Position numbers and translations under genes: made by a program. A stretch of DNA of 64,000 bases from Candidatus Uhrbacteria bacterium (GTDB lineage Bacteria; Patescibacteriota; Patescibacteriia; UBA9934; GWF2-40-263), in NCBI GenBank assembly GCA_016844925.1, contig JAERTI010000018.1, forward strand, positions 1,221 through 65,220, written 5' to 3'. Shown piece by piece: positions 40,000 through 49,294 of the stretch; the stretch's first letter is position 1, and every line of letters starts with the position of its first letter. Below the pieces are notes generated by a model that was not told the DNA's origin, did no database searches, and saw only the letters and a list, made by a program, of their open reading frames with translations.

Positions 40000-41808
40000 C
40001 TACTTAATCGTCAGTAGCATCAACCCCATGAATGTGTGAATCTCTGCCTCACCGTCATCAACCTCTCCAAAGAGACTTTCAATAGAAAGCAGAAGCTTCA
40101 CTTGATCATTCTCCACCGTGACGATCGTATCTTCCCGAGCAAACTCTTCTCGGTCAAACCCTTTCGCTTGATCAACTTTCTCTGAAAAATCGATCGTCGC
40201 CAGAAGCTCATCACCTCTGGCAAGTTCAAGTGCCAGCTTCGACTCATCAAGCTTTATCTGATATTCCTGCTCGTCGATCATGAACTCCGTCTTTACCCCA
40301 AATTCCCCATGGGCGACATCAATCATGTAGCCATATCCCTCCACCGGGAGCACAGCGCTATCAAATGGTGCCAGGAACATGGCGAACGTCTCGTACCCCT
40401 CCTCATAAGGCTCAAACCGTCTACCATAAAAATATTCTTCCTCAACACCAAACTTCTCTGTAATAACTATTTCTGCTCGGTCCCAGTTATTTCCACCTAG
40501 CTCATCAAGATCCTCTCCCCCAAACCACGGCTCGATGCCATCGAGACCATGATGCCTACTCAGGTACCGTACGATCTCATTAATCTGTAAGACATCCTCT
40601 CTCGAGAGCTCAGCACTTGCCTGCACATACAGCCCATCTTGTAACAAACCATTTTCTACCAAGATGCCTTCGAGCCTATGAATCTGAGAACGCTCGGCAA
40701 CTTCGAAGGCTCCCCATGGCCCTACAGATGTCACCACAGCGATCAAGAAAATCGTAGCAGGAATCAAGCGGATATCTTTCACGCGACGTAGCAAGAAGTA
40801 AATCGCGATGGCCATGAGCCAAAATCCGAAGATGAGTACGAAGTAACGATTCTCCGTGATGCCGTAGTCACGAATGCGGAACGAAAGCGCCCAAAAGAGC
40901 ATGCCCGTCTGTGGAATCATGGCGACAAAAAGCCCCGTACCAAAATGCCGCACCCAATTCACTTTTTCTCGAAGCGGGTACAGCGCGAGATATGTCAGCA
41001 CCCCAAGGAACGAGAAGCCAAGAATCATCCACGCAAGCTGCCCCTCTGGCCAAGTCGTTGTGATCAGGATCCGCGCGGTGTAGGCGTAAAGAATCAGGAA
41101 GTACAACGTCACCAACGGAACAAGAACAAACTGCGAGAACAATCGAACTTCCTTAGGGTACGGCTGTTTTGTATCAAGTGCGTGTGGTTTCTTGGGAAGT
41201 CGACTCAAGAAAAACAGTGGTGAAAAAATGCCGACGAGCACGAACCAAATCTCTACATAACGTTCTTCATCAATTCTAATTTCAAACAAGAAATCTACTG
41301 ACGCAAGTGCAATCGATAACCCAGCTTGCAGTGCACCCGCCCAGATACCCGTGAGGACCAACGCAAACACCAACCCACGATTGTACTGCCAGAATCTGTG
41401 AATGGCAGCAGCACCATGTTGATACGCAAACGGAATAAACGTCACCAGCAAGACGAACCCTATCGCCCACATCGTGTGACGAATATAGAACTCACTCACA
41501 CCAACCCCTGGGTCTGGAAGCAAGAAATAATACCCAAGAAGAAACGCGGCAATCACCCCATGAATTACCCAGTGATATTTCTGAGAAAATTTCATCGCCC
41601 CAGAGAACAACACGGCTCCCACAAACAATGGAGCCGCAAAGGTCATCGTGAGCATGAGGTTCACGTAAGGCTCAGGATCATCAATGTGAATAAAGACGAT
41701 GCCAAGGACTGTCCCAACGAGACAGGCCAACATCGCAAAAGGGAAACGCTGAATAACCTGCCATGCCCCCTTTAAAATGGCTTGAATTGAGAGAAGTTTC
41801 ATATACAT
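40000..41808 (-). CDS. large polytopic membrane protein with a C-terminal soluble domain (DUF4153-like guess)
   Basis: 602 aa with at least 10 hydrophobic helices in the first roughly 370 aa. Confidence 0.45.
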   Translation of the reverse strand: MYMKLLSIQAILKGAWQVIQRFPFAMLACLVGTVLGIVFIHIDDPEPYVNLMLTMTFAAPLFVGAVLFSGAMKFSQKYHWVIHGVIAAFLLGYYFLLPDPGVGVSEFYIRHTMWAIGFVLLVTFIPFAYQHGAAAIHRFWQYNRGLVFALVLTGIWAGALQAGLSIALASVDFLFEIRIDEERYVEIWFVLVGIFSPLFFLSRLPKKPHALDTKQPYPKEVRLFSQFVLVPLVTLYFLILYAYTARILITTTWPEGQLAWMILGFSFLGVLTYLALYPLREKVNWVRHFGTGLFVAMIPQTGMLFWALSFRIRDYGITENRYFVLIFGFWLMAIAIYFLLRRVKDIRLIPATIFLIAVVTSVGPWGAFEVAERSQIHRLEGILVENGLLQDGLYVQASAELSREDVLQINEIVRYLSRHHGLDGIEPWFGGEDLDELGGNNWDRAEIVITEKFGVEEEYFYGRRFEPYEEGYETFAMFLAPFDSAVLPVEGYGYMIDVAHGEFGVKTEFMIDEQEYQIKLDESKLALELARGDELLATIDFSEKVDQAKGFDREEFAREDTIVTVENDQVKLLLSIESLFGEVDDGEAEIHTFMGLMLLTIK

Positions 41809-41853
41809 AAAGCCTAGCGTAGTTAAGCAAAAGAAAAAAGCGCTTGCGTAGCG

Positions 41854-42249
41854 CTAGTCCTGGTGGAACCCAGGATCCGTGGTGACCAGCTCCACCCCGG
41901 GGTGAACCGGCGTGCAGTCGGGCGCCTCGTGGAAGAACGAAGTGACGGAGTGGCCCCAGTGGGTCTCACCGATGGTCCGATGCGAGTCCCTGGCCCAGTC
42001 AATGGATGCCACGGAGAGCTCGAAGGCGATGTGCCCCGGCCCCGTACCGATGAAGTAGGAGATGAAGGACCTGGTGCCCTTGCCCACCTGCAGGCGCGGG
42101 CCCGCGCCATGTTCATCGTAGTCGGGGTCCTCGACGGTGATCTCCCACACATCCAGACCCATCTCTTCCCAGTGAGCCCTGATGGCACCCCACTGCTCCC
42201 GCTGCGAAGGCAGCCCCACGTGATGCAGTCCAAGGATCGCGTTCTTCAT
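41854..42249 (-). CDS. VOC-family (glyoxalase/bleomycin-resistance-fold) protein; GC-rich
   Basis: Motifs ILGLHHVGLPS and GHIAFELS are typical of vicinal-oxygen-chelate domains. Composition is visibly GC-rich compared with its neighbours. Confidence 0.65.
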   Translation of the reverse strand: MKNAILGLHHVGLPSQREQWGAIRAHWEEMGLDVWEITVEDPDYDEHGAGPRLQVGKGTRSFISYFIGTGPGHIAFELSVASIDWARDSHRTIGETHWGHSVTSFFHEAPDCTPVHPGVELVTTDPGFHQD

Positions 42250-42342
42250 GCTCGTACCTCCAGTAGGTGACGAACGTCAGGCTACGTCCTCGCTCCACGC
42301 CCGTCAAGCACCTGGCTCGAGTCTCCCGTTTCTCTAAAAGAA

Positions 42343-42371
42343 AATAATCTCAGCAAGAAGCTGAGATTATT
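42343..42371 (-). terminator. perfect 12-bp inverted repeat (AATAATCTCAGC / GCTGAGATTATT) immediately 3' of tRNA-Leu; candidate terminator and island boundary
   Basis: Read directly from the sequence. A T-rich tract follows on the minus strand. Confidence 0.5.
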
Positions 42372-42374
42372 TTC

Positions 42375-42462
42375 TGGTGCACGGGAGAGGACTCGAACCT
42401 CCACGCCCTTTACGAGCACCAGCCCCTCAAGCTGGCGTGTCTACCAATTCCACCACCCGTGC
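42375..42462 (-). tRNA. tRNA-Leu (anticodon GAG), long variable arm, CCA encoded
   Basis: 7-bp acceptor stem GCACGGG/CCCGTGC, anticodon loop TTGAGGG, T-arm GGTTCGAGTCC. Confidence 0.9.
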
Positions 42463-42515
42463 GTTTGTTGTACCGCGAAGATCATAGCTGATCCTCGTAA
42501 AATGTTCAACCCTTT

Positions 42516-43256
42516 TTAAAAGACCCGTGATTTCCCTGTGATGACCTTGAGGGTCATAGGCTCAATACCGATATCAAACCGTGTAGAGGTCATCTCCTCG
42601 CCGTCGACGAACAGTGAGATCGGCTCATCGGAACGAATCGCCAGAGAGCTCATAGGAAACACACTTTCTTTAAGCTTAACACGACCAAACACGCCCCAAC
42701 CTGTTTTCACAGCAGCGCGGATAATCGCCTCAAACTTCCCATCACGCGGATCTGTTACGTCAGCTAGATTCCGAATCTCCAACGCGGCCTTTCGCGCCGT
42801 TGGAAAAATTCGGTACTTCCCTTCGCACGTGAGCTCGGCACGAAACTCTGGCATAGAGAGTCCTGTCACAAACCTGCGACCATTTACCGTCCCAATATCG
42901 ATCGTCTCAATGCGCCGCGCACTGAGCACGTCGCAGGCAGCAACCCCCTGTGGGATTCCCATCATCCTAGCGAGGTCATTGTTTGGTCCGATTGGAATAA
43001 TTCCCAACGCCACATCTGGCGCATCTGCTACCACGTCGATCACTTTTCGAACAGTCTCATCATTCCCCAGCACCACGACCGTCGACACTCCACGCGCGAT
43101 CTCATCACGAATCATCTCTTCAGCATTACGAAACAAAGCCAACCGAGAGACCTTCCCGGCCAACCCCAGGTCCGTTAAACGATTCTCAATATTCAGGAGC
43201 TCACGCTCGAATCGTTTGTTTTCCTGGATGAACTCATCGTAGAGATAGCAATACAT
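42516..43256 (-). CDS. diacylglycerol-kinase-catalytic-domain (YegS/DgkA-like) lipid kinase
   Basis: VVVLGNDETV (a GGDGT-like motif) and LGIIPIGPNNDLAR (the PlGTgNdfAR-like motif). Confidence 0.65.
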   Translation of the reverse strand: MYCYLYDEFIQENKRFERELLNIENRLTDLGLAGKVSRLALFRNAEEMIRDEIARGVSTVVVLGNDETVRKVIDVVADAPDVALGIIPIGPNNDLARMMGIPQGVAACDVLSARRIETIDIGTVNGRRFVTGLSMPEFRAELTCEGKYRIFPTARKAALEIRNLADVTDPRDGKFEAIIRAAVKTGWGVFGRVKLKESVFPMSSLAIRSDEPISLFVDGEEMTSTRFDIGIEPMTLKVITGKSRVF

Positions 43257-43258
43257 GA

Positions 43259-43678
43259 TTATTCTTCCTCCTCGATTTCCTCAGGCTCAACTTCCTCAAC
43301 TTGTGCGACTGACCCCATGGAGAGCCTTCCGTTAATCTGCGCGCCAGCCGCAACAGAGATCCGTCCGGTGGCAATATCTCCCTTCACCTGTGAGGTCGAG
43401 AGTAGCTCGAGCATCTGATCGACAACAAGATTCCCATGCACCTCTCCGGCGATCACGGCGTTCTGTGCGTGGACGTCTGCCTTAATGCGAGCTGTCTCGC
43501 CGATCCGAAGTGACTTTGCGGTCTCTACAGACCCCGCCACCTCACCATCGATAATGACATCTCCGTTTGAATGAAAATCCCCCTCAACTTTTACCCCCTG
43601 AGCGATGATCGTCTCACCCCCGTTTGTACTTGGCATAGGGCCTGTCTTTTTATCCTTAAACATATTCTTGGATTCCAT
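43259..43678 (-). CDS. bactofilin-family cytoskeletal protein
   Basis: Beta-helical repeat pattern GDVIIDGEVAG..., IGETARIKADVHA..., VIAGEVHGNLV. Confidence 0.75.
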   Translation of the reverse strand: MESKNMFKDKKTGPMPSTNGGETIIAQGVKVEGDFHSNGDVIIDGEVAGSVETAKSLRIGETARIKADVHAQNAVIAGEVHGNLVVDQMLELLSTSQVKGDIATGRISVAAGAQINGRLSMGSVAQVEEVEPEEIEEEE

Positions 43679-43695
43679 TTGATCTTACACGAGCA

Positions 43696-45405
43696 TTACA
43701 TTTCATCAACGACATCCATCCCCAGGATACCCAGTCCCCCCTTCAGCACTTGAGCAACAGATGTGATCAAGCCCAAACGCTCAGAAAGCGCCTCTCCTTC
43801 AGCCTTCAGCACGGGCACATTCGCATAGAATTCTGAGAACGTCTTTGCGAGGTCAAACAGATACTGAGCCAACACGGATGGCTGCATGCGCCCCGTTGCC
43901 TGGAACAAAACCTCCGGATAGTTGGCGAGCATCATAACGAGTGCATGGCTATGAGCATCTGTCAGCGTCTTGGCGCTCAAAGATGACTTTGCCTTCCCTG
44001 CCTTAGCCAACATGCTTTGAATACGGGCATACGTATAGAGGAGATATGGACCGGTATAGCCCTCAAATGAGAGCGCTTCATCAAAGTCGAACACGATCTT
44101 CTTTCCAATATCCTGTTTGAGCATGCCAAATCGCATCGCTCCGAAAGCCACAGCTCGAGTCACGGAGACGATCTGCTTCTCCTTCCAATCGCTGTGGCGT
44201 GATCGTGTTTCCGCGTGAGCGGATGTCAGTAGCTCGTCTCGTACTTTCTCATAACGAATCACGTTTCCCTTTCGAGACCCCATGACCCCATCTGAAAGTG
44301 TCACGAACTCATACGAGAGGTGCTCGAGTTCACGATCGAACCCCATGCGCTTGAGTGTTTCAAACAACTGTCGCAGGGCATGTGCCTGTCGCTCGTCGAC
44401 GACATACACGGATCGTGCCGGGTGATAGTCATCCTCTTTTTTGTAGGCGAGCCCAAGGTCCTTCGCGTTGTAGAGAAGTGTTCCGTCCGATTTGATCAAC
44501 AGATTCACTCCCAGATCAACGTCATTCAAATCGACAATCCACGCCCCCTCAGATTCAACAACAAGACCATCTTTAATCATGCCATCGATAATCTTTTTTG
44601 TTTTTCCAATAACCTCACTCTCGAAATACCAATGATCAAGCGTCAGGCCTAGCTCGCTGTACACCTTCTCCAAGTAATCGATCGACCACTTTCGCGTGGT
44701 TTTCCAGAGAGATAATTCATCAGATTTTTTCTGCCCTTCAAGAACTTGGAACACTTCAGAAACCTGCGTCTTGAGTGTCTCATTCTCCTCAAGAGCCTTA
44801 TTCGCTTCAACATAAACATCTCTCAGAAAAGCGATCCGTGCATCCCCTTCAGCAAGTGGCTCATCCTTATGAAACGTCTTCATGGCCCAGATCGACTTGG
44901 CCACATGTGTTCCAAGGTCGTTGATGTAGGCCACAGGAATCACGTCGTAACCGGACGCTTTCAAGAGGTTGGTTACTGCCTGGCCGACAAACAAATTTCG
45001 TAGGTGACCAATATGCACATCCTTGTGCGTGTTGAGATTCGCAAACTCAACCATCACGCGCTTCTCGTGGCCAACGGTACTGTGGCCATACTCATCACCG
45101 CGCACACCAATCTCTTCAAGAACGGCTCCGGCAAAAGACGTCTCAAGATCAAAGTTCACGTACGGCCCCACAGCCTTCACGCTTCCAATAAACTCTTTCG
45201 GTCCGATCTTCACCGCGATCTCTCTGGCGATCTCCGCCGGGTTGCGCTTGAGCTTCTTTGAAAGCTCAAAACACGGATAGGCAATGTCTCCCATCTTTGG
45301 GTCTGGTGGTGTCTCAAGCTCCTCCATTGAAGGGGCGAACCCTTTAGGCCCTGCCTGCTTCAACTCTCGAAGCACCTGCTGCTTTACTTTCTGAATCGTA
45401 TACAT
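43696..45405 (-). CDS. argS: arginyl-tRNA synthetase
   Basis: HIGH-class motif HIGHLRN. Overall 569 aa ArgRS architecture with a DALR-type anticodon-binding C-terminus. Confidence 0.9.
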   Translation of the reverse strand: MYTIQKVKQQVLRELKQAGPKGFAPSMEELETPPDPKMGDIAYPCFELSKKLKRNPAEIAREIAVKIGPKEFIGSVKAVGPYVNFDLETSFAGAVLEEIGVRGDEYGHSTVGHEKRVMVEFANLNTHKDVHIGHLRNLFVGQAVTNLLKASGYDVIPVAYINDLGTHVAKSIWAMKTFHKDEPLAEGDARIAFLRDVYVEANKALEENETLKTQVSEVFQVLEGQKKSDELSLWKTTRKWSIDYLEKVYSELGLTLDHWYFESEVIGKTKKIIDGMIKDGLVVESEGAWIVDLNDVDLGVNLLIKSDGTLLYNAKDLGLAYKKEDDYHPARSVYVVDERQAHALRQLFETLKRMGFDRELEHLSYEFVTLSDGVMGSRKGNVIRYEKVRDELLTSAHAETRSRHSDWKEKQIVSVTRAVAFGAMRFGMLKQDIGKKIVFDFDEALSFEGYTGPYLLYTYARIQSMLAKAGKAKSSLSAKTLTDAHSHALVMMLANYPEVLFQATGRMQPSVLAQYLFDLAKTFSEFYANVPVLKAEGEALSERLGLITSVAQVLKGGLGILGMDVVDEM

Positions 45406-45407
45406 AC

Positions 45408-46463
45408 CTATTTATCTAGATGTACATCCATTTGCGGATACGGAATACCAATCCCCTGCGTATCAAATGCCTCCTTAAGGGCCTTAATAAATTCGTGCTT
45501 TACCAAGAACTGATCAAGATACTTTGCCACGTTCATGAACACTTTCAATTCAATCGAAGAATCATCAAAGGCCCCGTAACGCACGAACACCTCCTTTGAC
45601 CCCTTGGCATCCAACTTCGACAACACATCATTTGCCACCTGCAGTGCCGTCGCCTCTGCCTTTTCTAGATCGGCATCATAGCTGACCCCCACAGTCACTT
45701 TCAGAGAAAACTCCTGCCCTGGCATGTAGGTATTGGTGATAACCATCTCTGCCAACTTTTTGTTTGGGATGATCACAAGTGTGCCTTCAAACGTTTCGAT
45801 ACGTGTTGAGCGCATGGAGATGTCTTTAACGAATCCCTCTGTACCGTCTTCAAGCCGGATAAAGTCACCTGGACGCACAGGCTTATCAATCGCCAGACCC
45901 ACAGCTGAAAAAAGTCCGGAGAGCGTATTCTGAAGGGCGAGCGCTACAGCAACACCAGCGATTCCAAGTCCAGCAATGAGAGCACTGATATCTACGCCAA
46001 CCTGATTGAGAATGAACGTCAGAGCCACGCCCCAAATAAGGAGGGTGATGATGGTATTGAGAAAACCAAACGTCCCGTGTTCCATCCCACCAGGACCATC
46101 CTCCCGCGCCTGAATCTCGTGCCAGTTGATGATGCCTCGTACAAGACGGTCAACGGCGTACGCTGCCCACGCAATCAACAAGATGGGAATCAGCTCAGCG
46201 AATCCAAACCCATCATAAGCAAGATCTGGAAACAAGTACCTCAAGGCAACAACAATTCCGACAAGCTGAAACCCGATGTGGACCGGCCGTGCAAGCAGCT
46301 GCATGATGGTGTCATCAAGCGTCGACTGCGTCAGAGACGTGAGTTTTTTTGAACGCTTGAGAATAGCCATCAGAGCCAGTGACACAAACCAAGCGCCAAT
46401 TAAGATGCCGGCTGCGATGATCAACTGAATAGGGTCTGGAAAGGCCGTGGGAAGATTCAACAT
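45408..46463 (-). CDS. mechanosensitive ion channel (MscS family)
   Basis: MscS pore helix ALALQNTLSGLFSAVGLAIDKPVRPGDFI and the beta-domain FVKDISMRSTRIETFEGTLVIIPN. Confidence 0.85.
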   Translation of the reverse strand: MLNLPTAFPDPIQLIIAAGILIGAWFVSLALMAILKRSKKLTSLTQSTLDDTIMQLLARPVHIGFQLVGIVVALRYLFPDLAYDGFGFAELIPILLIAWAAYAVDRLVRGIINWHEIQAREDGPGGMEHGTFGFLNTIITLLIWGVALTFILNQVGVDISALIAGLGIAGVAVALALQNTLSGLFSAVGLAIDKPVRPGDFIRLEDGTEGFVKDISMRSTRIETFEGTLVIIPNKKLAEMVITNTYMPGQEFSLKVTVGVSYDADLEKAEATALQVANDVLSKLDAKGSKEVFVRYGAFDDSSIELKVFMNVAKYLDQFLVKHEFIKALKEAFDTQGIGIPYPQMDVHLDK

Positions 46464-46467
46464 ACGA

Positions 46468-49140
46468 TTAAGCTAATTGCTCATTGATAACGGCGAGCTT
46501 GGCCTGAGCCTCGCTCAAATTTGTTCGCATTGTTTCAACAACCTGCTCTGGCGCCTTAGAGGTAAATGCCTCGTTCGCGAGCTTCTTCTCAAGCGAGGCG
46601 ATGTACCCCTGCGTCTCATCTCGCTCCTTCGTGAGCTTTCCTTTCTCTGCTTCCTTGTCGACAAGCCCCTCAAGAGAAATATGAACCTGCATGGATCCAA
46701 CAACGGCTGTTGCCACATCCCCTTCTGGCTTGGCGCCAAAGGTCAGTGACTCCACGCGACCGAGACTGCGAATCACATCTTCCTGGCCAGCGAGAACATC
46801 TGCATCTGAAAGCACAACGTTGACCAAAACCTTTGGTACAACATTGTACTGAGATCGAATATTTCGAATAGCTACGACTGTTTCCTGCAACTGCACAAAC
46901 GCTGTCTCTGCCTCTGCATCGACATGACGCTCCTTCGCCATCGGCCACTCATGCACAATCAACATCCCTTCAGGATCAATCTGCTTCCAAATCTGTTCAG
47001 TGACAAACGGCATGAATGGGTGCCAGTACGTAAGCAGGCGCTCGAGGATATACATCAGTATTCCCTGCGTCGACTTGCCCCCCTGCACCTTAGCAATCTC
47101 CACGTACCAGTCAGCAAACTCACTCCAGGTGAAATTGCGAAGTTTTTCTCCAGCCTGAGAGAACTCATAGGCCTCGAGGTGATCCGTCACTTCACTCTGC
47201 AGTACGTGGAATCGAGAAAGAATCCAGCGATCTGCCAGCGTTTGCGGATCCAGGTCTGCTTCTGCCACATGACCAACCGTCTCTACTTGCCCCAGGACAA
47301 AGCGTGAAATGTTCCAAAGTTTGTTTGTGAAGTTTCGGTATCCCGCCACCTTCGCCTCAGAGAGCTTCGAGTCGTTTCCTGGCGTGGAACCAATCACAAG
47401 CGAGAGTCGTGTTGCATCGGCGCCGTACTTGTCGATCATCTTGAGCGGATCAATCACATTGCCGAGGGACTTACTCATCTTGCGTCCCGTTTCATCTCGA
47501 ACAAGTCCATGAAGGTACACGTTCTCAAACGGTACTTCTCCAAGCACGTACGTAGTCATGAGAATCATGCGCGCGACCCAGAAAAACAAAATGTCATAGC
47601 CTGTCTCAAGAACAGTTGTTGGCTGGAACGTACGCAAGTCTGCCGTCTCATCGGGCCAGCCGAGCGTAGAGAACGTCCAGAGCCCAGAGCTAAACCACGT
47701 GTCGAGCGTGTCAGGATCTCGCTCCCAACCTTCACCTTCCGGTGCCTCAACGCCAACATACGTCTCCTCTCCCCGGTACCACACGGGCACCTGGTGACCG
47801 AACCAAATCTGACGGGAGATGTTCCAGTCGCGGAGATTGTCGATCCAGTGGAAGTACGTTTTGTCGAATCGCTCAGGAATAATCTTTACCTGCTTCGAGC
47901 GTACAGCATGCTGCATGAGCCCCTTAAGGGTCACCTGCTGTCCGTCTTCGATGCCTTCCATAGGCGCATGTTGGCTCGCTCGGAACGCAAATTCCTTGTT
48001 TACGTCGATAAACCACTGCACCTTAGGGAGCGGCTCCACAGCTGTGTCACAGCGGTAGCACACTGAAAGGTTGTGTACGTAATCCTCATCAATCTTGTCG
48101 ACCAATCCTTTCTCTGCCAGACGCGCCACAATCTCTTCACGTGCTTGATTGGCATTCTTCCCTGCGAACGAACCTGTCGCCTCTGTGAGATTTCCATCCT
48201 CATCGATAATACGATGTACCTCATAGCCATACTTCTTCGCCAAATCAAAGTCGACGAGTGAGTGCGCTGGGGTAATCGTCATGGCACCAGAACCCATCTC
48301 CATATCAGCCACCTCATCGGCCACCATGGTCGCCTTCACCGTGCCCTCGATCCATTCAACCTCAAACTCCTTACCGACAAGATCCTTGTATCGGTCGTCC
48401 TCTGGATGAACCACGATGACTTTGTCGAGGAACTTTGTCTCAGGACGGGCAGTACCAATAACAACCGGACCATATTTGAAATAATAAAACTTACTCTTCT
48501 CCTCACGGTACTCCACTTCATCATCAGCGAGCGTGGACTTACAACGCGGGCACCAGTTCACGATGCGATCACCACGATAGATAAGACCGTCGTCGTACAT
48601 CATCTTAAAGACGGTGTTCACCGCGCGGTTACGTGCACTATCGAGGGTGTAGGCCTCACGGGACCAGTCCATCGATGCCCCCATGCGCTTGGCCTGGTTC
48701 ACGATGATGTCATGACTCTCCTGAGCGAACTGCTCCACACGCTCCAAAAACTTCTCTCGACCAAGCTCGCGTCGCGGATCTTCCATCCCCTCCTTCATGA
48801 GCAGCTTCTCCACCTTGGTCTGTGTCGCAATGGCCGCATGGTCTGTTCCCGGGAGCCAGAGCGTCTTGCGCCAGCGCATGCGGTTAAAACGCGTCATAAT
48901 GTCCTCAATCGCCAACATCACGGCATGCCCCATATGAAGGGTTCCTGTCACGTTCGGTGGCGGGAGCACAATTGAGAAGGTTTCTTCTCTTTCACCAGGC
49001 AAATTGTCTGGATTAAAAAACCCGCTGCTTTCCCAGCTGGCATAAATCGCATCTTCGTATTGGCCCGACTCGTAAGCCTTGGGCATGTCTTGTTTATCCA
49101 TAGATGAACTCAGTTTAGGGAAAAACCCTTTGTTTTGCAA
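46468..49140 (-). CDS. valS: valyl-tRNA synthetase
   Basis: PPPNVTGTLHMGHA (HIGH) and KMSKS motifs. Editing and anticodon domains plus the C-terminal coiled coil are present (890 aa). Confidence 0.95.
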   Translation of the reverse strand: MQNKGFFPKLSSSMDKQDMPKAYESGQYEDAIYASWESSGFFNPDNLPGEREETFSIVLPPPNVTGTLHMGHAVMLAIEDIMTRFNRMRWRKTLWLPGTDHAAIATQTKVEKLLMKEGMEDPRRELGREKFLERVEQFAQESHDIIVNQAKRMGASMDWSREAYTLDSARNRAVNTVFKMMYDDGLIYRGDRIVNWCPRCKSTLADDEVEYREEKSKFYYFKYGPVVIGTARPETKFLDKVIVVHPEDDRYKDLVGKEFEVEWIEGTVKATMVADEVADMEMGSGAMTITPAHSLVDFDLAKKYGYEVHRIIDEDGNLTEATGSFAGKNANQAREEIVARLAEKGLVDKIDEDYVHNLSVCYRCDTAVEPLPKVQWFIDVNKEFAFRASQHAPMEGIEDGQQVTLKGLMQHAVRSKQVKIIPERFDKTYFHWIDNLRDWNISRQIWFGHQVPVWYRGEETYVGVEAPEGEGWERDPDTLDTWFSSGLWTFSTLGWPDETADLRTFQPTTVLETGYDILFFWVARMILMTTYVLGEVPFENVYLHGLVRDETGRKMSKSLGNVIDPLKMIDKYGADATRLSLVIGSTPGNDSKLSEAKVAGYRNFTNKLWNISRFVLGQVETVGHVAEADLDPQTLADRWILSRFHVLQSEVTDHLEAYEFSQAGEKLRNFTWSEFADWYVEIAKVQGGKSTQGILMYILERLLTYWHPFMPFVTEQIWKQIDPEGMLIVHEWPMAKERHVDAEAETAFVQLQETVVAIRNIRSQYNVVPKVLVNVVLSDADVLAGQEDVIRSLGRVESLTFGAKPEGDVATAVVGSMQVHISLEGLVDKEAEKGKLTKERDETQGYIASLEKKLANEAFTSKAPEQVVETMRTNLSEAQAKLAVINEQLA

Positions 49141-49223
49141 CCGAAGCGCCCTCAGGTAAGATCCCTCTTAGAGGTTGACGAAACGGGCATTTTCCCTGAA
49201 TATGCGCCTCTTGTTCTTTCCAG

Positions 49224-49275
49224 CGTGGCCACAAACCTTAGGACATTGATATGATCTGGGGTTTGTGGCCACACA
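49224..49275 (+). promoter_or_regulatory. two copies of the palindrome GTGGCCAC (extended TGTGGCCACA) about 39 nt apart, just upstream of the RBS of the FG-GAP lipoprotein gene; candidate operator pair
   Basis: cGTGGCCACAAAcc at 49224-49237 and tTGTGGCCACACAAcc at 49263-49278. The RBS GGAGGG precedes the ATG at 49295. Confidence 0.35.
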
Positions 49276-49294
49276 ACCTACCTGGAGGGACACC

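Noticed and set aside
42538-43242. 234-aa plus-strand ORF overlapping the DAGK-family gene
   Set aside because: It is antisense to a gene with clear family motifs, and its translation is S/R/N-rich low complexity.
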